DNA of 27,687 bases from Woeseiaceae bacterium (GCA_035457045.1 DATICC010000004.1:1-27687), one strand, 5' to 3'; shown: positions 1-11,512, counted from the stretch's first letter. Notes: generated by a model not told the origin, from the letters alone. Program-made: numbers and translations.

Positions 1-50
1 CACCCCCCCCGACTGCTGTGCTGAGACAGCGCGACCAGAGTTTCGGCCGG

Positions 51-188
51 AAAAAGGTGTCAGGTTTATTTTCTTCGGCTGGGGAAAGTGAAGATGGCAC
101 CTATTCCGCGAAGAAAATAAACCTGACACCTTTTTAAGAAAATAAACCTGACACCTTTTTCTGAAGAAAATAAACCTGACACCTTTTT
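51..188. repeat. Cluster of a 25-bp unit AAGAAAATAAACCTGACACCTTTTT: three direct copies plus one inverted copy (REP-like)
   Basis: Identical copies at 111-135, 136-160 and 164-188; reverse complement at 51-75. Positions 51-77 and 109-135 form a perfect 27-bp inverted repeat. Confidence 0.95.
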
Positions 189-219
189 CCGAGGACAGCA
201 GTGATCCGGCACCTTATTT

Positions 220-238
220 TCGGTTCGACCCCTTTTTT
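220..238. repeat. Single arm of the AAAGGGGTCGAACCGA repeat family, abutting the symporter stop codon
   Basis: Minus strand reads TGA-AAAAAGGGGTCGAACCGA, which matches the arms at 13605-13712 and 14385-14470. Confidence 0.8.
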
Positions 239-1542
239 CATTTCCTGTCGGCGTCGATCGCCAGCAGCGTTTTCTCGCCATCCAGCCGCGCCACGATCAC
301 GGCGCAGACCGCGTCGCCGAAAACATTGACGCTGGTGCGGCACATATCGAGTACCCGGTCGAATACCATCAGGACACCGATCGCCTCTGCCGGCAGGCCG
401 ATGGCACCGAGGATGATGGCGATAGCCACGATCGATGCCGAGGGCACGCCGGCCACGCCGACCGAGGTCAGCAGTGCGATGGCGACGATCGAGAACTGCA
501 CGCCGAAGGTCAGCTCCAGCCCGTAGGCCTGCGCAAGGAACATCGCGGCGGCGCATTCGTAAAGCGCCGTGCCGTTCATGTTGATGGTCGCGCCGAGCGG
601 CAGCACGAAGCTCGTGATCTTGTTGGACACGCCGGCGTTTTTCTCGACGCACTCCATGTTGACCGGCAGTGCCGCGTTCGACGACGCGGTGGAGAACGCG
701 GTCAACATGGCCGGCGCTATGGCCGGATACATTTTCCAGGGATTGACGCGGCCGACGAAGCGCAACAGCAGGGGCAGCACCACGAACGCGTGTATCGCGA
801 GCGCCGCGACCACCGTCAGGGCGAAAATCGCCAGCGGTTTTGCAGCACGGAAGCCGCTTTCCGCAACGACGGCCGCGACCAGGCCGAACACGCCGATCGG
901 CGCAAACTTCATGATCCAGGTGGTCATGAGCATCATGATCTTGAACACGCCGTCCCAGAAACGGTACATCGGATCGGCCAGCTCCTTGCTGACCTGCGTG
1001 ATGAAATAGCCGAACAGGAGCGCAAAGAAAATGATGGCGAGCATCTCGCCGTCGGCGGCGGCTTTGACGACATTCGCCGGAATCATACGCAGGAAGATCT
1101 CCGCGACATCCCCCGTGCCCTTGCCCTCGATGCGCGCGGCGATGTCGGTGGTGCTTTGCTCCAGCGCCAGCGACTCGCGCACCGGTTGCCCGTCCTCGTA
1201 GCCCGGGCCGATGGCGTTGACGAGGGTCAGCCCGACCAGGATCGCGGCAGTCGTGGTGAAGGCATAGAAGAACAAGGTGCGCCCGCCGAGCTTGCCGAGG
1301 TTACCGCTTGCGCCTATGCCTGCCATGCCGACGATGATCGACGACAGGATCAGCGGCACGATGACCATCTTCAGTGCATTGAGAAACAGCTCGCCGATGT
1401 AGTCGAACGCGCTGAGGAAACCGACACCGAACAATTGCGGCGCGGACGGATCGCCGGCGCCGAAATAGTTGACCAGCGACCCGGCGACAGCCGCAAGCCC
1501 GATAGCAATCAGGATCTGCCAGTGGAGCGCAAGTTTTGTCAT
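238..1542 (-). CDS. Dicarboxylate/amino acid:cation symporter (DAACS, GltP/GltPh-like)
   Basis: 434 aa, multiple TM segments; HP1-like FSTASSNAALP, TM7 GATINMNGTALYE, HP2 GVAGVP, TM8 DRVLDMCRTSVNVFGD. Confidence 0.93.
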   Translation of the reverse strand: MTKLALHWQILIAIGLAAVAGSLVNYFGAGDPSAPQLFGVGFLSAFDYIGELFLNALKMVIVPLILSSIIVGMAGIGASGNLGKLGGRTLFFYAFTTTAAILVGLTLVNAIGPGYEDGQPVRESLALEQSTTDIAARIEGKGTGDVAEIFLRMIPANVVKAAADGEMLAIIFFALLFGYFITQVSKELADPMYRFWDGVFKIMMLMTTWIMKFAPIGVFGLVAAVVAESGFRAAKPLAIFALTVVAALAIHAFVVLPLLLRFVGRVNPWKMYPAIAPAMLTAFSTASSNAALPVNMECVEKNAGVSNKITSFVLPLGATINMNGTALYECAAAMFLAQAYGLELTFGVQFSIVAIALLTSVGVAGVPSASIVAIAIILGAIGLPAEAIGVLMVFDRVLDMCRTSVNVFGDAVCAVIVARLDGEKTLLAIDADRK

Positions 1543-1655
1543 TCGCTATCCCCCGCTGCCGGCAAGCGCCCGGCGTCGATGGTCAATTGCCGCTGCTTCC
1601 GACGCGCGCGCTGTACTCGCTGGCCAGCAAGACAGTGAAAGCGCCGATACACCGG

Positions 1656-3548
1656 CTAGAAGCCGATTTCTTCGGACAGCACGTCCTCACTGCGGACGAT
1701 ATCCGCCTCGCTTTCCAGCTGCAGAATGAAGGCCGTGTAGTCGGCTATGCCGGACTGGCCCGAGAGTTGTTCCTTGCGCTGGTCGCGTTCGGCCAGCGGC
1801 ACGTTCTCCGGCCGGCCGGGGGCGACCGCATCGAGACTGAACACCGCGTAATCGCCCTCGACAGTCACTGCCGTACCGGTACGCGGCTTGCCCTGCAGCG
1901 GTTTCTTGGCCCGGTAAATGGCTTCGAGCACGCGTTCGTCCAGGTCCTCGCTCAGCCGGTTGATCACGGCATACGGTGTTGCCGTCGCTTCGACGGCCGC
2001 TGCCGCATCGGCGAACGGGACACCGTCGCGCAGTGAAGCGAGCAGGGATTCGACGCGGCCCTGCACCAGCTCGCGGGCTTTGTCCGCGCGGACGGATTCG
2101 ACGATCTGCTCGCGCACCGCATCGAGCGGTTGCCGCATCGCTTCCTGGTGCCGCGTGACGCGCAACACGACCGAACGGTTGGCATCGATCTCGACGATGT
2201 CGCTGATGGCGCCCTCGCGCAGCACGCGCGCATCGAAAACGGCATCGATCGCCGCCTGGTTGCTGCCAAAAGGCTCACCGCCCGTGCGCTTGAAATCCTT
2301 CGCCGTCAGCACCTCGAGCCCGGCCGCCTGTGCAACGCTCGTGAGGTCGGTCGCGTCGAACAGGGCGTCGGACACGGCGCGTTCCTTTTCGCGGAACGCG
2401 TTGTCACCGTAAGTGTCGCGGAGTTCGCGTTCGAGTTCCGCGCGCACCTGGTCGAGAGGCAATGGTCCGCCCGGCACGATCTCGTCGAGACGGACGATAT
2501 GGAAACCGAATTCGCTCGTGACCGGGCCGCGGATTTCGCCGGCCTTCATGGAGAATATCGCATCGCCGAGTGCGCCCGGCATCTGCGATTGCACGATCAG
2601 GCCGAGGTCGCCGCCCTGCGCGGAGGTGCCGCCGTCTTTCGAGTACTGTCGCGCAAGGTCCGCGAACGGTTCGCCGGCCTGCGCCCTCGCGGCCAGTGCA
2701 CGTGCCTGTTCGCCGGCGGCAGCCTCGTCGCCATCCGGCGTGATCAGGATGTGGGATGCGCGACGCTGCTCGTCCTGCAGGTAACGGCTGGCGGATGCCT
2801 CGTAATGCGCCTGCAAGTCCTGCTCGCTGATCGTCGCCGCCGCCGCCAGCACGTCGCGGCGAATCTCGAGGTATTCGAGATCGACGCTCTCGGGCAACTG
2901 GAACTCCGTCGGCCGCTCGTCGTAGTACTCCTGCACGTCCGCATCGCTGACTTCGACGGTTTCCGCCACTTGCGAAACGTCGAAAGTCGCCACGGCAACC
3001 CGGCGCAATTCCCCGTAGAGATTCAGGTAACGGCGAAACTCGGCGGGCGTAACGAAGGATGTCGCAGCGATGCCGCGCTGCAACTGCGATTGCCGCAGGT
3101 TTTCCCGCTGGCTTTCCTCGAAACGTGTCGGGTCGATGGCATTCTCGTCCAGCACGGAGTAATAGCGCTCCTTGGAGAACTTGCCGTCGACGAAGAAGGC
3201 CGCCTCGCGCTGGATGACATCGGCCACCAGCTGGTCGGTCACCCGATAGCCCTGCTTCGACAGGTACAGCTCGACCACCGTGTTGCGAACCAGGTTGTCG
3301 AGGACATTGGCTTTCAGCCGGCGACGGAAATCCGCCGGCAACTCACCGTACTGGGCGTATTGCTGCAACTGGTCCTGGTAGGCCCGCTCGAGCTGCACGA
3401 CCGGGATGTCGACGCCGTCCACGCTGGCGGCGTTACTCGCACCCGTGAAATCGTAATTGATGCCGAAAAAGACAAATGGCACACAAATGATGGCCAGGAT
3501 GGTGATGGCAAAGGTGCCGGTGAAGCGCTCTCGTATGGTCTGCAGCAT
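1656..3548 (-). CDS. ppiD: Periplasmic folding chaperone / peptidyl-prolyl isomerase D
   Basis: Start moved to MLQTIRERFTG (ATG 3548), followed by an N-terminal TM anchor; SurA-like N domain; parvulin domain ASHILI...FADLARQYSKD...GGDLG...FGFHIV; canonical position after hupB/tRNA-Val/Asp. Confidence 0.9.
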   Translation of the reverse strand: MLQTIRERFTGTFAITILAIICVPFVFFGINYDFTGASNAASVDGVDIPVVQLERAYQDQLQQYAQYGELPADFRRRLKANVLDNLVRNTVVELYLSKQGYRVTDQLVADVIQREAAFFVDGKFSKERYYSVLDENAIDPTRFEESQRENLRQSQLQRGIAATSFVTPAEFRRYLNLYGELRRVAVATFDVSQVAETVEVSDADVQEYYDERPTEFQLPESVDLEYLEIRRDVLAAAATISEQDLQAHYEASASRYLQDEQRRASHILITPDGDEAAAGEQARALAARAQAGEPFADLARQYSKDGGTSAQGGDLGLIVQSQMPGALGDAIFSMKAGEIRGPVTSEFGFHIVRLDEIVPGGPLPLDQVRAELERELRDTYGDNAFREKERAVSDALFDATDLTSVAQAAGLEVLTAKDFKRTGGEPFGSNQAAIDAVFDARVLREGAISDIVEIDANRSVVLRVTRHQEAMRQPLDAVREQIVESVRADKARELVQGRVESLLASLRDGVPFADAAAAVEATATPYAVINRLSEDLDERVLEAIYRAKKPLQGKPRTGTAVTVEGDYAVFSLDAVAPGRPENVPLAERDQRKEQLSGQSGIADYTAFILQLESEADIVRSEDVLSEEIGF

Positions 3549-3796
3549 CAGTTTTGGTCTGTAAGTGGATGAATATCGCCGGCGACTGCCGGCAACGCGG
3601 GTTAATTTGCAATCAGAGCAAGGGTTTAAGGGCTCGCATGATACATGGCTCAGGCGGTCAATGCAGCCTTGCGGGATGCGGACGGGAATGATGCCCAGTC
3701 CGCCACTGCACACGGTTGTCTCGCATTTGGCCGGTGCGGATTGATCTCAAGTATGGAGCCCGGTGCCAGGACCACTGCCGATCGTCATCACGAATA

Positions 3797-3825
3797 AAAA
3801 CGGGGTCCCGCTGGGACCCCGTTTT
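3797..3825 (-). terminator. Intrinsic terminator after tRNA-Asp
   Basis: AAAACGGGGTCCC-gct-GGGACCCCGTTTT perfect 13-bp stem; followed by a T run on the minus strand. Confidence 0.85.
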
Positions 3826-3831
3826 CATTTG

Positions 3832-3908
3832 TGGCGGAGTGGACGGGACTCGAACCCGCGACCCCCGGCGTGACAGGCCGGTATTCTAACCAGCTGAACT
3901 ACCACTCC
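3832..3908 (-). tRNA. tRNA-Asp(GUC)
   Basis: GGAGTGGTAGTTCAGCTGGTTAGAATACCGGCCTGTCACGCCGGGGGTCGCGGGTTCGAGTCCCGTCCACTCCGCCA; cloverleaf with encoded CCA. Confidence 0.98.
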
Positions 3909-3914
3909 AATGGC

Positions 3915-3990
3915 TGGTGGGTGCTGAGGGGATCGAACCCCCGACCCTCGCCTTGTAAGGGCGATGCTCTACCAGCTGAGCTAAGCACCC
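3915..3990 (-). tRNA. tRNA-Val(UAC)
   Basis: GGGTGCTTAGCTCAGCTGGTAGAGCATCGCCCTTACAAGGCGAGGGTCGGGGGTTCGATCCCCTCAGCACCCACCA; 76 nt. Confidence 0.98.
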
Positions 3991-4107
3991 GAGCGCTTCG
4001 CGCAGCCGCCAGGACCAGGCGACGCAACGCGAAACTGACTTCGGTGGTTATGCCAAAAAATCCAGAAAAATCAATGAATTTCCTGACATCCGCCGCCGAA
4101 GGGCGCG

Positions 4108-4380
4108 CTAGTTTACGGCATCCTTTAAGGCTTTGCCAGCCTTGAAGCCGGGTACCTTGCTGGCCTTGATGTGGATGGTTTCGCCGGTACGCGGGTTGCG
4201 TCCCGTGCGGGCTGCACGCGATTTCACCGTGAACGTGCCGAATCCGACCAATGAGACAGACCCGCCACTGCGGAGTGTGCGGGTTACGCTATCGAGTACC
4301 GCATCGACCGCTCTGGTTGCATCCGCGCGCGACAAATCCGCCGCACCGGCAACCGCCTCAATAAGTTCTCCCTTGTTCAT
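4108..4380 (-). CDS. hupB: DNA-binding protein HU
   Basis: [11 protein letters not shown]...VSLVGFGTF...[13 protein letters not shown]; 90 aa; immediately downstream of lon. Confidence 0.95.
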   Translation of the reverse strand: MNKGELIEAVAGAADLSRADATRAVDAVLDSVTRTLRSGGSVSLVGFGTFTVKSRAARTGRNPRTGETIHIKASKVPGFKAGKALKDAVN

Positions 4381-4549
4381 GCGTGCACCTTTGCAGATAG
4401 TTTAGGAATGATATGCGGACGCGCCGCATCCCTGGATGTTCGTCCGGAATGAAGTCGGACGAACCGCTTGCCCATGATCACACGACGTTGACAACTTGCC
4501 GCCAGAATCGCTGCAGGCAACGCCTGTAGCCCTTTGCAGGCAGGCGTAG

Positions 4550-4578
4550 CTTATACCAAGCGCCCAAATGAGCGTCAA
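4550..4578 (-). promoter_or_regulatory. Putative sigma70 promoter of hupB
   Basis: TTGACG-17 bp-TATAAG with an extended -10 TG, about 170 bp upstream of the hupB ATG. Confidence 0.6.
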
Positions 4579-4608
4579 CAAAGCAGGGACGGGGTCAGTG
4601 GCGAATGC

Positions 4609-7074
4609 TCAGTGCGCGCGAACGCGTTCCGCCGGATCCTGATCGCCGGCAGGCTTTTGGGATTCGTCTTTCTTCTTCTCCGGTTGCGTGTCCGGCACCG
4701 GCATATGTTGCAGTGCGAGTTGCAAGACCTGATCGATCCATTTCACCGGAACTATGTTCAGCTTCTCTTTGATGTTCTTTGGAATTTCCGCGAGGTCCTT
4801 CTCGTTCTCCTGCGGGATCAACACCGTGCCTATGCCGCCGCGATGTGCCGCCAGCAACTTTTCCTTGAGGCCGCCGATCGGCAGTACTTCACCGCGCAGG
4901 GTGATCTCGCCGGTCATGGCCACATCGCTCTTGACCGGTACATTGGTCAGCGCCGATACCAACGCCGTGCACATGCCAACTCCCGCACTCGGGCCGTCTT
5001 TCGGCGTCGCGCCCTCGGGCACGTGCACATGCACGTCGAATTTCTGGTGAAACTCGTCCTCGATGCCCAGCAATTTCGCACGGCTGCGCACCACGGTCAT
5101 CGCGGCCTGGATGGATTCGGTCATGACTTCGCCGAGCTGCCCGGTGTGGGTCAGCTTGCCCTTGCCGGGTACGACCGCGGCCTCGATGGTCAGCAGCTCG
5201 CCGCCGACCTCGGTCCACGCCAGCCCGGTAACCTGGCCGACCTGGTTGTTCTCCTCGGCCTTGCCGTAACGGAATCGACGAACGCCGAGGTAATGGTCCA
5301 GGCTCTTCGGCGTCACGCGGATCATTTTCTGCCGCGGCTTCAGCAACAGCGACTTCACCACCTTGCGGCAGATCTTCGAAATCTCGCGCTCCAGGTTACG
5401 CACGCCGGACTCGCGCGTGTAATGCTGGATGATGTCCAGCACGGCCGTTCCCGAGATCGACAATTCGCTTTCCTGCAGCCCGTTCTCCTTCATCTGTTTC
5501 GGAATGAGGTAACGTTCGGCGATGTTCAGTTTCTCGTCTTCCGTGTATCCCGGAATGCGGATGACTTCCATGCGATCGAGCAGCGGCGCCGGAATATTCA
5601 GCGTGTTCGCCGTGCACACGAACATGACGTCGGACAGGTCGAAGTCGACCTCGAGATAGTGATCGCTGAAGGATGAATTCTGTTCGGGATCGAGAACCTC
5701 GAGCAGCGCCGATGACGGATCGCCACGGAAGTCCATCGCCATCTTGTCGACCTCGTCGAGCAAAAACAGCGGGTTCCTGACCCCCGTCTTGGCGAGATTC
5801 TGCACGATCTTGCCTGGCATGGAGCCGATGTAGGTGCGGCGATGCCCCCGAATCTCGGCTTCATCTCGCACGCCGCCGAGCGACATGCGCACGAACTTGC
5901 GATTCGTGGCGCGCGCAATGCTCTGGCCGAGCGAAGTCTTGCCGACGCCCGGCGGGCCGACCAGGCACAGGATCGGGCCCTTGAGCCGCCTGACGCGCTG
6001 CTGCACGGCCAGGTACTCGAGGATCCGCTCCTTGACCTTCTCGAGGCCGTAATGGTCTTCCTCGAGTACCGCCTCGGCACGGCTCAGGTCACGCAGCACC
6101 TTGCTGCGTTTCTTCCAGGGCGCCTTCAGCAGCCAGTCGATGTAATTGCGGACCACGGTCGCTTCCGCCGACATCGGTGACATCAGCTTCAGTTTGTTCA
6201 GTTCGGAAGTCGCCTTGTCGCGGGCTTCCTTGGGCATGCCGGCGTTGGCGATCCTCGCCTCGAGATCGGCGAGCTCGTTCGGCGCGTCTTCCATTTCGCC
6301 GAGTTCCTTCTGGATGGCCTTCATCTGCTCATTCAGGTAGTACTCGCGCTGGCTCTTCTCCATCTGTTGCTTGACGCGGCCGCGGATGCGTTTCTCGATC
6401 TGCAGCACATCGATCTCGCCCTCGATGATGCCGAGGATCTGCTCCAGGCGGACCTTGATGTCCTGGATCTCGAGGATGCGCTGTTTCTCCGACAGTTTGA
6501 GCGCCATGTGCGCGGCGACGGTATCCGCCAGCCGCCCCGGCTGATCGATGCCCGACAGCGAGGTCAGGATCTCGGGTGGTACCTTCTTGTTCAACTTAAC
6601 GTATTGCTCGAACTGGGCGATGATCGAGCGGACCAGCACATCGATCTCGCGCTCGTCGTGGCGGTCCTCCTCCGGCAGCGGGGTGACCTCGGCCGCAAAG
6701 TGGTTGCCGACGATGATCTTGTCGATGCGCGCGCGTTCGCCGCCCTCGACCAGCACCTTGACGGTGCCATCGGGCAGCTTCAGCAATTGCAGGATGGTGG
6801 CGAGCGTGCCGACGCCGTACAGGTCCTCCGGCGCGGGGTCGTCGAGATCGGCTTTCTGTTGTGCGATCAGCAGGATCTTCTTGCCGACATTCATCGCGAT
6901 GTCGAGCGCGATGATCGATTTCTCGCGCCCCACGAACAGCGGGATCACCATGTGCGGATAGACCACGACATCGCGCAACGGCAGGACCGGTATGGCCGTC
7001 GGGGCCGCCGGTTCACTGGGCGCTTTCGGCGCCGGATCGTGGCTTCGGGTCTTTGCTGGGTCCTTTTCTGACAC
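4609..7074 (-). CDS. lon: ATP-dependent protease La
   Basis: [13 protein letters not shown] domain, Walker [10 protein letters not shown], catalytic PKDGPSAG and [10 protein letters not shown]; GTG start with GAGG RBS. Confidence 0.99.
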   Translation of the reverse strand: MSEKDPAKTRSHDPAPKAPSEPAAPTAIPVLPLRDVVVYPHMVIPLFVGREKSIIALDIAMNVGKKILLIAQQKADLDDPAPEDLYGVGTLATILQLLKLPDGTVKVLVEGGERARIDKIIVGNHFAAEVTPLPEEDRHDEREIDVLVRSIIAQFEQYVKLNKKVPPEILTSLSGIDQPGRLADTVAAHMALKLSEKQRILEIQDIKVRLEQILGIIEGEIDVLQIEKRIRGRVKQQMEKSQREYYLNEQMKAIQKELGEMEDAPNELADLEARIANAGMPKEARDKATSELNKLKLMSPMSAEATVVRNYIDWLLKAPWKKRSKVLRDLSRAEAVLEEDHYGLEKVKERILEYLAVQQRVRRLKGPILCLVGPPGVGKTSLGQSIARATNRKFVRMSLGGVRDEAEIRGHRRTYIGSMPGKIVQNLAKTGVRNPLFLLDEVDKMAMDFRGDPSSALLEVLDPEQNSSFSDHYLEVDFDLSDVMFVCTANTLNIPAPLLDRMEVIRIPGYTEDEKLNIAERYLIPKQMKENGLQESELSISGTAVLDIIQHYTRESGVRNLEREISKICRKVVKSLLLKPRQKMIRVTPKSLDHYLGVRRFRYGKAEENNQVGQVTGLAWTEVGGELLTIEAAVVPGKGKLTHTGQLGEVMTESIQAAMTVVRSRAKLLGIEDEFHQKFDVHVHVPEGATPKDGPSAGVGMCTALVSALTNVPVKSDVAMTGEITLRGEVLPIGGLKEKLLAAHRGGIGTVLIPQENEKDLAEIPKNIKEKLNIVPVKWIDQVLQLALQHMPVPDTQPEKKKDESQKPAGDQDPAERVRAH

Positions 7075-7261
7075 CGTCAGTCCTCACTCGTTAGGCCGGT
7101 TGTCCCGCGGAACTCCCGTCAGGACACCTGCAGCTCGTCAATCCAGGGGTGGGACATGCGTCCGGGTGGCCGAATATCAAGCCGTGCCGCGCACAAGGCG
7201 CAGCCCGGGCGCATCCGTGCAAGAACCCGTCTCACAATCCCGCCAGGACCGCTTTGCGGCC

Positions 7262-7283
7262 ATGGGGGACTATGAAATAGGTT

Positions 7284-7286
<3 letters not shown>
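7262..7286 (-). promoter_or_regulatory. Possible sigma32 (RpoH) promoter of lon, overlapping the clpX stop codon
   Basis: Minus strand TAGAA-14 bp-CCCCAT versus consensus TTGAA-N13/14-CCCCAT; lon is a classical RpoH target. Confidence 0.4.
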
Positions 7287-8597
<1,311 letters not shown>

Positions 8598-8679
8598 GCG
8601 TCGCTGCTCACTGCTGCCAAATAAATCAATCTGTTACGAACGGTTGTGTATATAACACGCGCACATTGAGGCTGCAAAG

Positions 8680-8700
8680 TGCCACGTCTCAAACGTGGCA
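8680..8700. other. Hairpin between clpP and clpX (possible terminator or processing stem)
   Basis: TGCCACGT-ctcaa-ACGTGGCA, 8-bp perfect stem with only a short T tract. Confidence 0.4.
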
Positions 8701-8723
8701 ATCTACTATGCAAGCTCTTGATA

Positions 8724-9356
8724 TCAATCCTTTTTTCCTTTCTTCGACCCGGCCATTTCGCCGCGCTGCTCCAGCACCGTGTCGATCAGGCCGTACTTTA
8801 CCGCCTGCTCGCCGCTCATGAAGTTGTCCCTTTCCAGGTCCTTCTCGATCTGGTCGATCGTTTGACCGGTATGCCGGGCCATAATTTCGTTCAGGCGGCG
8901 TTTGAGCTCCAGCACCTCGCGGGCATGGATGTCAATGTCCGTCGCCTGGCCACTGAAACCGGCGCTCGGCTGGTGCACCATGATGCGCGAGTGCGGCAAG
9001 GCGAAGCGCTTGCCGGTGGTGCCGCCGGCCAGCAGCAATGCGCCCATGCTGGCCGCCTGTCCGACGCAGATCGTACTGACCTCGCAGCTGACGAACTGCA
9101 TGGTGTCGTAAATGGACAGGCCGGAGGTCACCGAACCGCCGGGCGAATTGATATAGAGGTGTATGTCCTTGTCCGGGTTTTCGGACTCCAGGTACAGGAG
9201 CTGCGCAACGACCAGGTTCGCCATGTAATCCTCGACCGGGCCCACCACGAAAACCACTCGCTCCTTCAGCAGTCGCGAATAGATATCGTAGGCGCGCTCG
9301 CCGCGCGCGGTTTGTTCCACGACCATCGGGACCAGGTTCAATGAGGTTGCTTTCAT
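8724..9356 (-). CDS. clpP: ATP-dependent Clp protease proteolytic subunit
   Basis: [33 protein letters not shown]; start set at ATG 9356 (AGGA RBS). Confidence 0.98.
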   Translation of the reverse strand: MKATSLNLVPMVVEQTARGERAYDIYSRLLKERVVFVVGPVEDYMANLVVAQLLYLESENPDKDIHLYINSPGGSVTSGLSIYDTMQFVSCEVSTICVGQAASMGALLLAGGTTGKRFALPHSRIMVHQPSAGFSGQATDIDIHAREVLELKRRLNEIMARHTGQTIDQIEKDLERDNFMSGEQAVKYGLIDTVLEQRGEMAGSKKGKKD

Positions 9357-9394
9357 AAATGTTCCTGTGCGGACAATGAATCCAAAAACCAATA

Positions 9395-10696
9395 TCAGGG
9401 CTTCATGTACTCTTTAAAAGGTACCTTGTTCACTTTTTCTTCGCCGTTGGCGATCAGCCAGTCGATCGCCTGCTCCTCGAGCACCAGCGGCTCGATGGAG
9501 GCCATGATCTGCGGGTTGCCGAGGTAGCTTGCCACCATTTTGTCGGCGTCCTCGTAACCGCTGCAGATATCCTCCACCCGCTGGCGCACGCGGGCCGGAT
9601 CGACCACGATCTGCTGGTCCGCGATCACCTGGTTCACCAGCAAGCCAAGGCGCACGCGCTTCTCGGCGGCTTCCGCGAAATCCGACATCGGCGGCCCCCG
9701 ATCGTGCTTGTGCTCGGGATCCTCGATGCCCATGCGGCGCATTGCCTCGTGCTGCATGTTGTGCATTTCCTCGTGCTTCAAGGCCTGCGGCACTTCGAGC
9801 GGATTCAGCTCGAGCAAGGTGTTGAGCACCTGCAGCTTGACGTCGGCCGTGACCTTTTGCCTCGCCTCCCGCTCCATGTTGCTGCGCACATCCTTGCGCA
9901 GTTGCGCGAGGCCGCCCTCGGTCACGCCGTACTGTTCCGCCAGGCTGTCGTCGAGCGGGGGCAACTCCGGTTCCTCGACGAGGTGCACCTTGACCGCAAA
10001 CTCGACCTTTTTCGAAGCCAGGTCCGCGACGTGATAATCCTTGGGAAATTTCACCGTGAAAGTCGATTCGTCACCCGCCGCAATACCGGCCAATCCCTTC
10101 TCGAATTCCGGCAACATCTGGCCCCTGCCGAGCACGACCGGGACCTTGCTGCCTTTGCCGCCCTTCACCGGCTCGCCTTTCAGCGTTCCGTCGAAATCCA
10201 CGGTAACGCGATCGCCGTCCTTCGACTTTCGATCGACCGCCTTCCAGGTGGCTTTTTGCTGGCGCAGGCTCTGCAGCATGTCGTCGCAATCCTGCTCGCT
10301 GATCTCGACATCCGGGCGGGTGACCTTGATCTTGCCCAGATTCTTGAGGCGCACTTCCGGCAGCACCTCGAAAGTCGCGACGAAAGCGAATCCTTTGCCG
10401 TCTTTCGCTACCACCGGTTCGATCTTCGGCCGCGCCACCGGGTTCAGGTTCTCCTGCGCGACCGCATCGCGGTAGCTCTGGCCCATGAGGTCGGTCAGCA
10501 CTTCCTGGCGTACCTGGACGCCGTAGCGCTGGCGGACGACGGTCGCCGGCACCTTGCCCGGACGGAATCCCTTGATCTTGACCGTGCGACCCACCGATTT
10601 GAGGCGAGTCTCCACCTCCTTCTCGATGCGCTCGGCAGGCAGCTCGACCCGCATGCGCCGTTCCAGCGTGCCCGTCGATTCGACAGTTACGTTCAT
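9395..10696 (-). CDS. tig: Trigger factor
   Basis: Ribosome-binding GFRPGKVP motif, FKBP domain ([10 protein letters not shown]...MLPEFE), canonical tig-clpP-clpX-lon order. Confidence 0.98.
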   Translation of the reverse strand: MNVTVESTGTLERRMRVELPAERIEKEVETRLKSVGRTVKIKGFRPGKVPATVVRQRYGVQVRQEVLTDLMGQSYRDAVAQENLNPVARPKIEPVVAKDGKGFAFVATFEVLPEVRLKNLGKIKVTRPDVEISEQDCDDMLQSLRQQKATWKAVDRKSKDGDRVTVDFDGTLKGEPVKGGKGSKVPVVLGRGQMLPEFEKGLAGIAAGDESTFTVKFPKDYHVADLASKKVEFAVKVHLVEEPELPPLDDSLAEQYGVTEGGLAQLRKDVRSNMEREARQKVTADVKLQVLNTLLELNPLEVPQALKHEEMHNMQHEAMRRMGIEDPEHKHDRGPPMSDFAEAAEKRVRLGLLVNQVIADQQIVVDPARVRQRVEDICSGYEDADKMVASYLGNPQIMASIEPLVLEEQAIDWLIANGEEKVNKVPFKEYMKP

Positions 10697-10788
10697 CGTT
10701 TGTACCTTTGCGTCAATCCGGCCGTAGCCATGAGGCCCGGCTGCAAGTCATGAAATCTGTTTCCGGTCCGGGGCGCCAGGGGCCACCG

Positions 10789-10873
10789 TGGTGCGAAAGG
10801 AGAGACTCGAACTCTCACGGGTTACCCCACAGGAACCTAAATCCTGCGCGTCTACCAGTTCCGCCACTTTCGC
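10789..10873 (-). tRNA. tRNA-Leu(UAG)
   Basis: 85 nt with a long variable arm; anticodon arm CAGGA-TTTAGGT-TCCTG; CCA end. Confidence 0.97.
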
Positions 10874-10976
10874 CCGTGCTTCCGGCTCTCACTCGATTAG
10901 CCGCGTAGTATAGCCGGATTCCCGGACCAGCAGAAAAACCGGGGCGGATCGCGCGCGGGAAATCCGGCCGCGCGAA

Positions 10977-11007
10977 AGGGGTCAGGCCACATGGTGGTCT
11001 GACCCCT
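10977..11007. terminator. GGGGTCAG-core hairpin downstream of tRNA-Lys (terminator or REP-like)
   Basis: AGGGGTCAGGCCAC-atg-GTGGTCTGACCCCT, 14-bp stem with one wobble. Confidence 0.6.
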
Positions 11008-11019
11008 CGCGGTAAGGAG

Positions 11020-11095
11020 TGGTGGGCCCCCGGGGGCTCGAACCCCGGACCAAGAGATTAAGAGTCTCCTGCTCTACCAACTGAGCTAGAGGCCC
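11020..11095 (-). tRNA. tRNA-Lys(CUU)
   Basis: Anticodon arm GGAGA-CTCTTAA-TCTCT; 76 nt; CCA end. Confidence 0.97.
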
Positions 11096-11131
11096 AATCC
11101 GCCCGCCGGGGATTGTTCATCGACGGCGGTC

Positions 11132-11430
11132 GGTGCGGATTGATCTTGAGTGCCGTTTCCAAAGTTGCGACAGCTGGCCAACTTCGGCCGGGCCCTCAAG
11201 TTTTTGTTAACTGTCAACTGCCCTCGGCCTGCGGCCGAGCGAAATTGATCGATGAAAATTGATCTTAAGTGCAATCTCGAATCGCGCGAATTGTCCTTCA
11301 AAGATCATTTGAGATCAATTCGCACCTGCCAATACCGCCTGTCAATTCGCCGCAGGTCATCGCTGACATAACGGCAGCGCACTAAAGATCAATTCGCACC
11401 AGCCAATAGCGCCTGTCAATTCGCCGCAGG
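11132..11430. repeat. Mosaic of direct and inverted repeats in the tRNA-His/tRNA-Lys spacer
   Basis: 45-bp direct repeats at 11312-11356 and 11386-11430 (43/45 identical); 11132-11153 is an inverted 20/22 match to 11379-11400; partial copy at 11256-11271. Confidence 0.85.
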
Positions 11431-11435
11431 CGAAT

Positions 11436-11512
11436 TGGGGTGGACGATGGGGCTCGAACCCACGACGACCGGAATCACAATCCGGGGCTCTACCAACTGA
11501 GCTACGCCCACC
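11436..11512 (-). tRNA. tRNA-His(GUG)
   Basis: GGTGGGCGTAGCTCAGTTGGTAGAGCCCCGGATTGTGATTCCGG...CCACCCCA, including the His-specific G-1. Confidence 0.97.

Noticed and set aside
51-188. CRISPR array
   Set aside because: Gaps between copies are 0-3 bp, one copy is inverted, and no cas genes are present.
3549-3713. N-terminal extension of ppiD
   Set aside because: The typical PpiD start (ML..IR followed by a TM anchor) is at 3548.
10906-10934. Separate promoter for tRNA-Leu/tig
   Set aside because: A good -10 (TATACT) is present but there is no convincing -35, so it was not called.
11312-11430. Mini-CRISPR (45-bp repeats, 29-bp spacer)
   Set aside because: Only two imperfect copies, embedded in inverted partial copies; no cas genes or leader.
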